From an uncultured Alphaproteobacteria bacterium (lineage in GTDB: Bacteria; Pseudomonadota; Alphaproteobacteria; Geminicoccales; Geminicoccaceae), in contig CAVSRN010000048.1 of assembly GCA_963730195.1 (NCBI GenBank), forward strand, positions 30,466-94,465: a DNA stretch of 64,000 nucleotides, in the 5' to 3' direction. Below are positions 31,043 through 40,806 of the stretch, piece by piece. The position numbers and the translations under genes are program-made. The notes below the pieces were generated by a model. That model had not been told where the DNA came from. It did no database searches and saw only the letters and a list, made by a program, of their open reading frames with translations. Numbering within the stretch: position 1 is the stretch's first letter; each line of letters starts with the position of its first letter.

Positions 31043-31137
31043 CGCGGTTTCGTGGGATCGCCGATACCAGCGGGAGGAGGCGCCCGGCGCCGGGATGACC
31101 TGCGCTGGTCGGGTCGGCCGATGGGATCGGACCCGCG

Positions 31138-33358
31138 ATGCGGCTGAGAACGGCATGCGCGATCGGCCTGATGACCGGCGGGCTCGGGGTGGCTGCTCGC
31201 GCTGACGCCGGTCGGCGCGGCGGTCGAGGAGCGGCTCGGGCTGGGCTGGCTGTTCGCGATCCGCGGCCCGCTCGAGCCGCCGGCCGAGACCGCGATCGTC
31301 AGCCTCGATCGGGAATCGGCGGAGCGCCTCGGCCTGCCCGAGAAGATCAGCGACTGGCCGCGGGTCGTGTACGTCCGGCTGATCGAGCGCCTGGCCGCCG
31401 CCGGCGCCTCGGTGATCGCGTTCGACGTGATCTTCGACCGGCCGCGCGAGCCGGCGGCCGACCAGGCCCTGGCGCAGGCGATCGCCGCCGCCGGGCGGGT
31501 CGTCCTGTTCGAGTTCCTGCACGAGGATTTCCGGTCGCTGCCGGGTCGCGATGGCAGGGTCGCGGGCCTGCTCGCCGGCAAGCAGCTGCGCCCGCCGTTG
31601 CCGGCCTTCGTCCGGGGCGCGGTCGGGACCGCGCCGTTCCCGCTGCCGCGGACGACCGAGCGGGTCAGCCGGTTCTTCGCCTTCGCGTCGGACCTGGAGG
31701 CGCGACCGACCCTGCCGGCGGTCGCCTTGCAGCGCTACGCGTTGCCGCGGCTCGGGGAGTGGACGCGCCTCTTGTCCGAGGCGGGCCTGCCGGTCGGGCA
31801 GGGCGATCTGGCGGCCGAGCCCGGGCAGCTCGCGAGCGCCGGCGCGCTGACCGCCTACATGCAGGCGCTGCGGCGGGCGTTCGTCGAGGACCAGGGCCTC
31901 GAGGCGCGGCTGCGGGCGGCGCTCGCCCGGGCGCGGCCGGACGCCCGGACCGGCCGCCTCCTGACCGCCCTGATCGGGCTCTATCATGGGCCCGACAGCC
32001 GCTATCTCAATTTCTACGGTCCGGTCGGACGGATCCGGACAATTCCCTTGTCCCGACTGCTGGAGGCGGCCCCGGGTGAACCCCTGGATCTGGCCGGCAA
32101 GGTGGTGTTCGTCGGCCAGTCGGAGCTGATCAACGCCAACCAGGACGGCTTCGTCACCGTGTTCGAGGGACCCAAGAGCGCGCGCATGGGCGGGGTCGAG
32201 ATCGCCGCCACGGCGCTCGCCAATCAGCTCGAAGGCCGCGTGCTCGAGCCGGCCGGGCTGCCGCTGACCCTGGCCTGGCTCACCGGCTTCGGCGGCCTGG
32301 TCGGGCTGATCGCCGGGCTGCTGCCGGCACCGCTCGCGGTGCCGCTGACCCTGATCTGCGCCGGGGCCGGCTACTTCGGCGCCCAGATGGCGTTCACGCA
32401 CGCCCATCTGTGGCTGCCGGTGACCGTGCCGCTCCTGGTCCAGCTGCCGCTCGGGCTGTTCAGCGGGCTGCTGTTGCAATATCGGGACGCCCAGCGGGCC
32501 CGCGCCAACATCAGCCACGGCCTGCGTTACTACCTGCCGGCCAAGATCGCGAGCGGGCTGGCCGATGCAAGGGTCGACCCGAGCACGGTCAAGGAGCAGC
32601 TGTTCGCGGCCTGCATGGTGACCGACGCCCATCACTTCACGACCTTGGCCGAGGGCATGGCGCCGGACCGACTGAGCGCGTTCCTGGATCGCTACTTCGA
32701 GACCCTGTTCCGGGTCATCGAGCGGTTCGGCGGCCTGGTCACCGACGTGATCGGCGACGGCATGACCTGCGTCTGGACGGTGCCGCCACCCGAGTGCCGG
32801 CGGCGGGCCTGCCTGGCCGCGCTCGAGATCGACCAGGAGCTGGTCGCGTTCAATCGCCGCTTCGAGCCGCTCGCGCTGCCGACCCGGATCGGTCTCAACG
32901 CCGGCCCGGTGATGGTCGGCAACGTCGGCGGCGGCGGCCGCTTCGCCTACAGCGTGGTCGGCGATCCGGTCAACACCGCGGCCCGGATCGAGGGCCTGAA
33001 CAAGCCGCTCGGGACCCGCATCCTGGCGAGTGAGATCGTGGTCGGCGACCTGCCCGAGCTGCTGCTGCGGCGGCTCGGCCGCTTCCTGCCGGTCGGCAAG
33101 ACCCAGCCGCTACGTCTGGTGGAGGTGGTCGGGCGCCAGGGCGAACCGCACGACCGCCGCCTGCTCGACGCCTTTGCCGCCGGCCTCGCCCGGTTCGAGG
33201 TCGAGGACTGGAGCGCGGCGGCCGCAGCCTTCGCGGCGATCCTGGCGGCGCATCCGCAGGACGGGCCGGCGCGGTTCTATCTCGACCTCTGCCGGCGCTA
33301 TCAGACCGGCGCGCCGCTGCCGCCGGATCCGAGCCTGATCCGCCTCGAGCACAAATAA
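31138..33358 (+). pseudogene. CHASE2 domain-containing class III adenylate/guanylate cyclase, frame broken at the N-terminus
   Basis: MRLRTACAIGLMTGGLG is in the frame of ATG 31138. WLLALTPVGAAVEERLGLGWLFAIRGP... through the C-terminus is in the frame of ORF 31367..33358. Indel in a G-run at about 31184-31192. The order is a periplasmic CHASE2-like region, TM segments (LAWLTGFGGLVGLIAGLL, LWLPVTVPLLVQLPLGLFSGLLL), then the cyclase domain (ACMVTDAHHFT...GDGMTCVW...GDPVNTAARIEG). Confidence 0.8.
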
Positions 33359-33458
33359 GGTTGCGCGCAGCGGTAACGCGCCACTGGTCGAACGAAGGAT
33401 ATTGTCGTAAAATTCAATCTGTATTAGAGTGGGCGATCGATAGGGGTGTAGATCAACA

Positions 33459-36400
33459 GTGTCGACTTGCGAAACGAGTCATAGCAGAGCCTCGCCGGCC
33501 GGCATCGCGCCGGCAGCGGTGGGGTGGATGGTTGCGGTCTCGGCCGGGGCCGCGATTCTGCTGACGGTCGCGACGGGCATGCGGCCGAGCCCTGTGAGCC
33601 GGCCCTCGCGCACATCGTGTCTCTGCAAGGCCGGGTCGAGATCCAGCGCGGCGAGGCCGGCGCCTGGACGGCGGCCTCGCTCGACGACCAGCTCTGCATC
33701 GGCGACGGCATCCGGCTCGGCCGCCTGGCGCGGGCGGCGCTGGCGCTGGCCAACGATTCCGTGCTCAAGATCGATCAGCTGACCACGATGCGCCTGGCGG
33801 GCGAGCCCGAGAGCGGGCGCTCGCTGCTCGATCTGCTGTTCGGCGACGTGCATTTCTTCAGCCATCGGCCGCGCGCGCTCGAGATCGCGACGCCGATCGC
33901 CAACGCCGGCGCCGAGGGCACCGAGTTCGCGATGCGGGTGCGGCCGGACCGGACCGAGGTCATCATGTTCGAGGGCCGGGTCCGATTGCAGACGCCGGAG
34001 GGCGAGCTGCTGCTGGCGAGCGGCGATGCCGCGGTCGCGAGGGCGGGCGCGGCGCCCCGGCCCGAGATCATCGTCCGGCCGCGGGATGCGGTCGCCTGGG
34101 CGCTCTACTACCCGCCGATCCTGGCCCCTCTGGCCGAGCGCCGGGCGGCACCAAGCGCGCTGCCGTCGGCTTTGCAGCAGGCGATCCTTCGGGTCGCCGC
34201 CAACGACTACGCCGGCGCGATCGCGGCGCTCGACGCGGTGCCGGAGGCGGCCCGCGATGCCCGCTACTACAGCTACCGCGCCGGCGTGCTGCTCAACGTC
34301 GGCCGGGCCGAGGCGGCCGCGCAGGACGTCGAGCGGGCGCTGGCGCTCGATCCCGATGCCGCTGATGCGCTCGCCGAGCGGGCGGTGATCGCGGTGGTCC
34401 AGAACCGGCGCGCGGAGGCGCTCGCGGACGCCAGGCGGGCGGTTGAGCTGGCCCCGGATTCGGCGCCCGCCCGGATCGCGCTCTCCTATGCGCAGCAGGC
34501 GAGCTTCGATCTCGAGGCGGCGCGCGCGACGTTCCGCGAAGCGGCGGCGCGCACGCCGGAGGATGCGCTGGTGCAGGCCAGGCTCGCCGAGATCGAGCTG
34601 TCGTTCGGCGATCTCGATGCGGCGCAGGCGACCGCCGCGCGGGCGGTGGCGCTGGCGCCGGAGCTCGAGCGGACGCAGATGGTGCTGGGCTTCGCCGCGC
34701 TGACCCGGATCGACCTCGACCGGCGCAAAGACGGCGTTCGAGCACGCGATCCAGCTGGATTCGGCGGAGCCGCTCGCGCGGCTCGGCCTCGGGCTCGCCA
34801 AGATCCGCGCGGGCGATCTCGAGGACGGCCGGCGCGAGCTCGAGATCGCGGCCGCCCTCGATCCCGACGACTCGCTGCTCCGGAGCTACCTCGGCAAGGC
34901 CTATTTCGAGGAGAAGCGCGATCCCCAGGACGCGCAGCAATACGAGATCGCCAAGCAGCTCGATCCGAACGACCCCACCCCCTGGTTCTACGACGCGATT
35001 CGTCTGCAGACCATCAACCGGCCGGTCGAGGCGCTGCACAACATCGAGAAGTCGATCGAGCTGAACGACAACCGCGCGGTCTACCGCTCGCGCCTCTTGC
35101 TCGATGAGGACACCGCGGTCCGCGAGACCAGCCTGGCGCGCATCTACAACGACCTTGGCTTCGAGCAGCTCGGCCTGAATGAGGCGACCAAATCGCTGAA
35201 CGCCGATCCGGCCAACTACTCGGCGCACCGGTTCCTGTCCGACACCTATGCCGCGCTGCCGCGCCACGAAATCGCGCGCGCGAGCGAACTGCTGCAATCG
35301 CAGCTGCTGCAGCCGATCAACATCAACCCGGTCCAGCCGAGCCTGCCGCTCACGGATTTCAACATCGTGACCGGCGCCGGCCCTGCCCAGGCCGCGTTCA
35401 ACGAGTTCACCCCGCTGTTCGCCCGCCAGAACGCCCAGCTGACCACGACCGGTATCGTGGGCAACAACGACACCTACGGCGGCGAAAGCGTATTGACCAT
35501 GCTGTACGGTCGCACGTCGCTGTCGGTCGGCGGCTCGGGGTTCACCACCGATGGCTTCCGCGACAACAACGACGACCGGACCGGCCTAGCCGACGCCTAT
35601 GCGCAGGTTGCCGTGACGCCGAAGCTCAACCTCCAGGCAGAATATCGCTACCGTGACACCAACCAAGGCGATCTCGCGCTGAATTTTGATCCAGACCAGT
35701 TCTCGCCCAATGCCAGTCGTGATGTCAAACAGCAAACGGCGCGGCTCGGCTTACGTTACTCACCGTCACCGAGTTCGGATCTCTTGGTCTCTCTTCTGTA
35801 CACCGATCGCAAGGAGGATCTTAGCGACGTGAATGTGCCGTTCCCTGACATCTTTGATCAGACTGATATTAAAACCGACGACAAGGGTTACCAGGCAGAG
35901 GGACAATATCTGTATCGCAGTGTCAATTTCAACACGACAGTCGGCGGTGGTACGTACTATGTCGATACTCACCAGACCAGTAATGAGACAGTGACCGCGT
36001 CCGGGATGGTATTTCCATTCCCTGAAACTGAAGATAACTTCGATCGCAAGCAGACGAACGTGTACGTCTACAATAACATAAATATACCTAATAATGTCAC
36101 ATGGACGCTTGGCTCCGGATTTGACACTTATAAAGACAAATCGATCGATTTCAATCGGGTGTCTCCCAAGTTTGGAGTTCAGTGGGGCGTGACTGACCGG
36201 ATTCGCCTGCGCGCTGCCGCCCTGCAAACGGTGAAGCGAGCACTGGTCGTGCAGCAAACCCTTGAGCCGACACAGGTGGCCGGATTTAATCAGTTCTTCG
36301 ACGATTTCAACGGCACGACTGCCGATCTGTACGGGGTCGGGATGGATCTTCAAGTCAGCCAGGATCTGTATAGCGGAGTCGAAGCTTCTTACCGCAATAT

Positions 36401-36908
36401 GAACCTGAAAACCAAGGTTTTCGAAGGAGGAAAGGCCACGGAAACAGTCAATACCAATCAGGACGAGCAAGTGTATCGGCTCTACGCCGACTGGACTCTG
36501 GCAAACAATTGGGCTCTGAACAGCGAAGTTCGGTTTGCGCAGTTCGACAGCGAAGACACGCTCGACCCGGACATCCCGAAGCACGTGAAGACTCTGACGG
36601 TACCCCTGACGCTCCGGTATTTCAGTCCGACGGGCTGGTTCGCGGAGGGCGGGCCGACGTTCGTCTATCAGGAGGTAGACCGACGTGACGCGTCGACGCT
36701 GGCCGATGGCGACGACAGCTTCGTGCCGGTCCATGTGGCGATCGGATATCGCTTTCCGAAGCGCTACGGCATCGTAAGCTTGGAGGTACGGAACCTGTTT
36801 GACCAGGGGTTCAAGTTTCAGGACGACAACTTTCGGACCTCGGAAATCCGAGAGCCGATATTCTCCCCGGAGCGGACCATTCTGGGGAGGCTGACGGTTT
36901 CGTTTTGA
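33459..36908 (+). pseudogene. FecR-domain / TPR / C-terminal beta-barrel outer-membrane protein (~1100 aa), one or two frame breaks
   Basis: Possible signal segment (VGWMVAVSAGAAILLTVATG) in the frame of 33459. FecR-like region (GRVEIQRGEAGAWTAA...GDGIRLG...ATPIANAGAEGTEFAMRV) and TPRs in ORF 33524..35107. Further TPRs and a beta-strand-rich domain ending ...RLTVSF in ORF 35097..36908. Certain break at 34704-34724, a possible second one near 33585. Start uncertain. Confidence 0.7.
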
Positions 36909-36935
36909 TTTCCACCAGAAGAAGGAGGTACCAAG

Positions 36936-37469
36936 ATGGTTGGCAGTGGTCAGCAAACGAGAAAAGACCTGTTCTTGACAGTACGCCACGTCCTCGCGCT
37001 TGCCGGGGCACTGTTGCTGACGTCCGGGCTGGCGCAGCTGCAGGCCCAGAGCATGGGCCCATCGTCCGGACCAATGCAGGAGGTCGACCAAGGGTTTGCT
37101 AATGGTTTGATGAACAATCCGAACCTGGTATTCGTTCCGGTCCTACAAAAGGGAGTGGGGCTTAGTGAGCGCACCGGCAAAGATCATGTTGTAGAGTCGG
37201 GGCAGTACCAGCCGAAAACCGACGCTCTGGAGTTCACCGGCGCCTGCAAAGACGAAACGGGATGCAACAAGGGCCAGGACTATGTCGACATTGCCGGGAA
37301 GGTGTCGACGGCAGCGCTTGGCGTTTCGGCAATAAGTCCGATCACGGAAGTGATCCCTATGGTCTTTATCAAAGTGGGGCACGGAAGCTGCTGGTGGTCC
37401 TGCAGCTCCCCTGGCGGTTCGTCGGGCTGCAAGTGCACGTGTGTGGGCGGCGGGTCTTGCCCGCAGTAG
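36936..37469 (+). CDS. small secreted Cys-rich protein (hypothetical)
   Basis: 177 aa. Strong RBS GAAGGAGG (36921-36928) 7 nt before the ATG. Signal-peptide-like LALAGALLLTSGLAQLQA. Eight Cys residues, six of them in the C-terminal GSCWWSCSSPGGSSGCKCTCVGGGSCPQ. AT-rich codon usage except in the last ~100 nt. Confidence 0.55.
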   Translation: MVGSGQQTRKDLFLTVRHVLALAGALLLTSGLAQLQAQSMGPSSGPMQEVDQGFANGLMNNPNLVFVPVLQKGVGLSERTGKDHVVESGQYQPKTDALEFTGACKDETGCNKGQDYVDIAGKVSTAALGVSAISPITEVIPMVFIKVGHGSCWWSCSSPGGSSGCKCTCVGGGSCPQ

Positions 37470-38496
37470 TAACCGGCCTCAGGAAGCCTCCGCTGGGGCC
37501 CGCGACGGCCTGCGGGTCGGCGGTCTGCTCGACGAAGGTGCGGGCGTGGCGGAGGTTGTCGGGCGCGGTGTCGGGCGGCGGGCGCTGGCGGGCGAACTTG
37601 ACCAGGTCGCAGCCGGCCAGGAGCCGGCCGATCAGCGGCCGGCGGGCGGTCAGCGACCCGCCGGTCCGGTCGGCCGCGGCCAGCAGCTCCTCGGTGGTCT
37701 GGGTCGGCGCGCTGAGCCCGAAGCGCAGGGCCACGTAGTGCCGCAGGATGGCGGCGAGGCGGACGTAGAACTCCTCCGTGCCCGGTCGATCGGCCGGCAG
37801 CTGGCGCTCGAGCCGCTCGAGCTCGGCCAGCGCCAGGAGATGGGCCGGTTGGGACGGCGGCAGCGCCAGCCGGGAGCGCCGCCGGCGCCGCCAGACCAGC
37901 AGCGCCAGGCCGGCGAGCCCGAGCGCCAGCAGGCCGACCGGCCAGACCAGCCGGGACAGCGCCGGCCGCGGCAGCTCGACCGGTGGGGCGATGTCCTTGT
38001 ACGCGGTGAGGTCGACGTCGGCCGGCAGGAGCGAGGTCACGGTGATCGCGAGCGGCGCGGTCGCGAGCTGCCGCGGCTCGGCGTCGGCCGGCGCCCGGAA
38101 GGCGACCGTCAGCGGCGGCAGGGCCAGCTCGCCGGTAGCCTCGGCCTCGAGGACGTAGTCGCGCCGCCACCGCCCGCCATCGGCGCCGGCGCTCGAGGGC
38201 GCCGCCGCCGTCTGGCTCGCGACCACGAACGGTCCGAGCTTGTCCGCGACCTCGGGCAAGGTGACGACGGTCCCGGCGGGCGCCTCGACCCGCAGGGAGA
38301 GTTGCAGGCGGCCGTCGATCGGCATCGTCCGCCGGTCGGCCTCGAGCGTGACCCGGACCGGGCCGAGGGCGACCTCCTGGCGGACCGGCCCGGGACCGGC
38401 CGCCGCCCGCCCGCCATCGCCGGCAACCGCCGCCAACAGCCCGAGCACGAACGCGCCGACCAGCCCGGCACGGCGTCTGCGCAGTTGCTGGCTCAC
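37369..38496 (-). CDS. BatD/DUF4381-like membrane protein of the MoxR operon
   Basis: 375 aa with a signal-like N-terminus, a central TM (LVWPVGLLALGLAGLALLVW RRRRR) and a C-terminal EEFYVRLAAILRHYVALRFGL...CDLVKFA pattern. The last ~100 nt overlap the convergent ORF 36936..37469, so the 3' end is uncertain. Confidence 0.6.
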   Translation of the reverse strand: MSQQLRRRRAGLVGAFVLGLLAAVAGDGGRAAAGPGPVRQEVALGPVRVTLEADRRTMPIDGRLQLSLRVEAPAGTVVTLPEVADKLGPFVVASQTAAAPSSAGADGGRWRRDYVLEAEATGELALPPLTVAFRAPADAEPRQLATAPLAITVTSLLPADVDLTAYKDIAPPVELPRPALSRLVWPVGLLALGLAGLALLVWRRRRRSRLALPPSQPAHLLALAELERLERQLPADRPGTEEFYVRLAAILRHYVALRFGLSAPTQTTEELLAAADRTGGSLTARRPLIGRLLAGCDLVKFARQRPPPDTAPDNLRHARTFVEQTADPQAVAGPSGGFLRPVTTAGKTRRPHTCTCSPTNRQGSCRTTSSFRAPL

Positions 38497-38509
38497 CTTG
38501 CGCCCCGCC

Positions 38510-39397
38510 CTAACGGCCCTCCCGCAGGCGCTTCTCGCGCTGGCGGAAGAAGCGCATCAGGGGCTGGATGTAGGGCTGGTCGGTCTGGACCTCGATCGGG
38601 TCGATGCCGAGCGCGCGGAACAGATGCTGGCGGGCCGCGACCGCCGCCGCCCGCCGCTCGCGGTACTGCCGGCGCACGGCAGCGCTGCCGCTGTCGACCA
38701 GGATCACGTCGCCGGTCTCGAGGTCGCGGAGCGCGATCAGGCCGAGGTCGGGCAGGCTCGCCTCCCGCCGGTCGCCGATGCAGATCGGGATCACGTCGTG
38801 GCGCTGGCGGGCGAGCCGGAGCGCCTGCTCGTAGCCGCTCGCCAGGAAGTCCGAGAGCAGGAACGCGACCGAGCGCCGCCGGCTGATCCGGTGCAGATAA
38901 TCGAGTGCCAGGCCGACGTCGGTGCCGCGCCGCTCGGGCTCGAAGTGGAGCATCTCGCGGATCACCCGGAGCGCCCGGTCCTTGCCCTTCTGCGGCGGCA
39001 CGAAGCGCTCGATCCGGTCGGTGAACAGGACCAGCCCGACCTTGTCGTTGTTGCGGATCGCGCTCAGCGCCAACAGCGCACAGAGCTCGGTCGCGATCTC
39101 GGTCTTGAGCTTGGCGACGCTGCCGAAGCGGCCGGATGCGCTCAGATCGACCAGCAGCATCACGGTCAGCTCGCGCTCCTCGATGTAGCGCTTGACGTAG
39201 GGATGGCCGGTGCGCGCGGTGACGTTCCAGTCGATCGTGCGGACGTCGTCGCCCGGCACGTAGTCGCGGACTTCGGCGAACTCCATGCCGCGGCCCTTGA
39301 ACACGCTGTGGTATTCGCCCGCGAACACGCCGTCGACCAGGCGCCGGGTGCGGATGTGGATCCGCCGGATCTGGCGGAGCGCTTCGACGCCCAGCAT
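38510..39397 (-). CDS. DUF58 domain protein (MoxR-associated)
   Basis: C-terminal 295 aa of track ORF 38510..40486 (GEYHSVFKGRGMEFAEVRDYVPGDDVRTIDWNVTAR...LLVDLSAS). ATG 39397, 14 nt downstream of the MoxR stop. Confidence 0.85.
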   Translation of the reverse strand: MLGVEALRQIRRIHIRTRRLVDGVFAGEYHSVFKGRGMEFAEVRDYVPGDDVRTIDWNVTARTGHPYVKRYIEERELTVMLLVDLSASGRFGSVAKLKTEIATELCALLALSAIRNNDKVGLVLFTDRIERFVPPQKGKDRALRVIREMLHFEPERRGTDVGLALDYLHRISRRRSVAFLLSDFLASGYEQALRLARQRHDVIPICIGDRREASLPDLGLIALRDLETGDVILVDSGSAAVRRQYRERRAAAVAARQHLFRALGIDPIEVQTDQPYIQPLMRFFRQREKRLREGR

Positions 39398-39411
39398 CGC
39401 GCCGCCGGCGC

Positions 39412-40635
39412 TCAGGGCACCGGGACGTGGTCGAAGACCTGCTGGATCAGGTCCTCGGCGCTGACGCCCGCGGCCTCGGCCTCGTAGGTCGTCAGCACCC
39501 GGTGGCGGAGCACGTCCATGCCGATCGACTTGACGTCCTGGGGCGTGACGTAGTCGCGGCCGCGCAAAAACGCATAGGCCCTGGCCGCGAGCGCCAGATA
39601 GATCGAGGCCCGCGGCGAGGCGCCGTAGTCGATGTAGGCGGCGAGATCCAGGCCATGGGCCTGCGGGTCGCGGGTCGCGAACACCAGGTCGACGATGTAG
39701 CGCCGGATCCGGTCGTCGACGTAGACCCGATCGACGATCTGGCGCGCCCGCAGGACCTGGGAGACCTCGGCGACCGGCTGGATCGCCGGCGGTGGTGCGG
39801 TGCGCGCCATGCGCTCCAGGATCAACAGCTCCTCGGCGCGGCTCGGATAGGTGACCTTGACCTTGAGCATGAAGCGGTCGACCTGGGCCTCGGGCAGGGG
39901 ATAGGTGCCGTCGTGCTCGAGCGGGTTCTGGGTCGCGAGCACCAGGAACGGCTGCGGCAGGGCGAAGCTCTCGTCGCCGATCGTGACCTGGTTCTCCTGC
40001 ATCGCCTCGAGCAAGGCACTCTGGACCTTGGCCGGCGCCCGGTTGATCTCGTCGGCGAGCAAAAGGTTGGCGAACACCGGCCCCTTGCGGACCCGGAACT
40101 CGCCCGACTGCGGCTGGTAGATCAGGGTGCCGATCAGATCGGCCGGCAAAAGGTCGGGAGTGAACTGGATGCGCTGGTAGTGGGCGCGAAGGGCCTGGGC
40201 GAGGCTGGTGACCGCGAGCGTCTTGGCGATCCCGGGCACGCCCTCGAGCAGGACGTGGCCATTGGCGAGCAGGCCGACCAGCAGGCGCTCGAGCATGTAG
40301 CGCTGGCCGATGATGACCGTCTCCATGGCCGCCAGCAGATCGCGGGCGAACCGGCCCTCCTCGACCAGCCGGGCGGCGCTCGCCTCGAGATCGGCGCTCG
40401 CGGCCCCGGGATCCGCAAAGGAGGGGTCGTCCAGTCGGGTGAGCTCGTCCACGTCGATCCGGCTGCGTTTGTGCCTTTTGGCGCATCCGGGCGGATCGGC
40501 GCGACGCGGCCGGATCGCGGCCGCCGGCGGCGCCGGCGCTCTCGGAGCACCACGCCCTGACGCTTTCACGATCGGGCGGCAGGGATCAAGCGCTTTTCTC
40601 CCGGCTGGCCTGCGACCAAGCGTCGGCCGAGCCAT
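39412..40635 (-). CDS. MoxR-family AAA+ ATPase
   Basis: VIIGQRYMLERLLVGLLANGHVLLEGVPGIAKT (Walker A), LLLADEINRA (Walker B). The N-terminus is probably shorter than the ORF (e.g. GTG 40452). Confidence 0.85.
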   Translation of the reverse strand: MARPTLGRRPAGRKALDPCRPIVKASGRGAPRAPAPPAAAIRPRRADPPGCAKRHKRSRIDVDELTRLDDPSFADPGAASADLEASAARLVEEGRFARDLLAAMETVIIGQRYMLERLLVGLLANGHVLLEGVPGIAKTLAVTSLAQALRAHYQRIQFTPDLLPADLIGTLIYQPQSGEFRVRKGPVFANLLLADEINRAPAKVQSALLEAMQENQVTIGDESFALPQPFLVLATQNPLEHDGTYPLPEAQVDRFMLKVKVTYPSRAEELLILERMARTAPPPAIQPVAEVSQVLRARQIVDRVYVDDRIRRYIVDLVFATRDPQAHGLDLAAYIDYGASPRASIYLALAARAYAFLRGRDYVTPQDVKSIGMDVLRHRVLTTYEAEAAGVSAEDLIQQVFDHVPVP

Positions 40636-40806
40636 CGGCCCCGCCCGGGAGGCGGCCGCGGAGGTTGATGAAATGCAGCTTGTGAGCTAGCAAAACCGAG
40701 CAGGCGAGCGCAGGGTGGTTGAGGCCAGGGCGCGATCGAAGTGCGGATCTGCCTCAGGGATCGCCGCCCACATCATGCGTGGGGCAAGAAAGCCGAAGGG
40801 GGGAGC

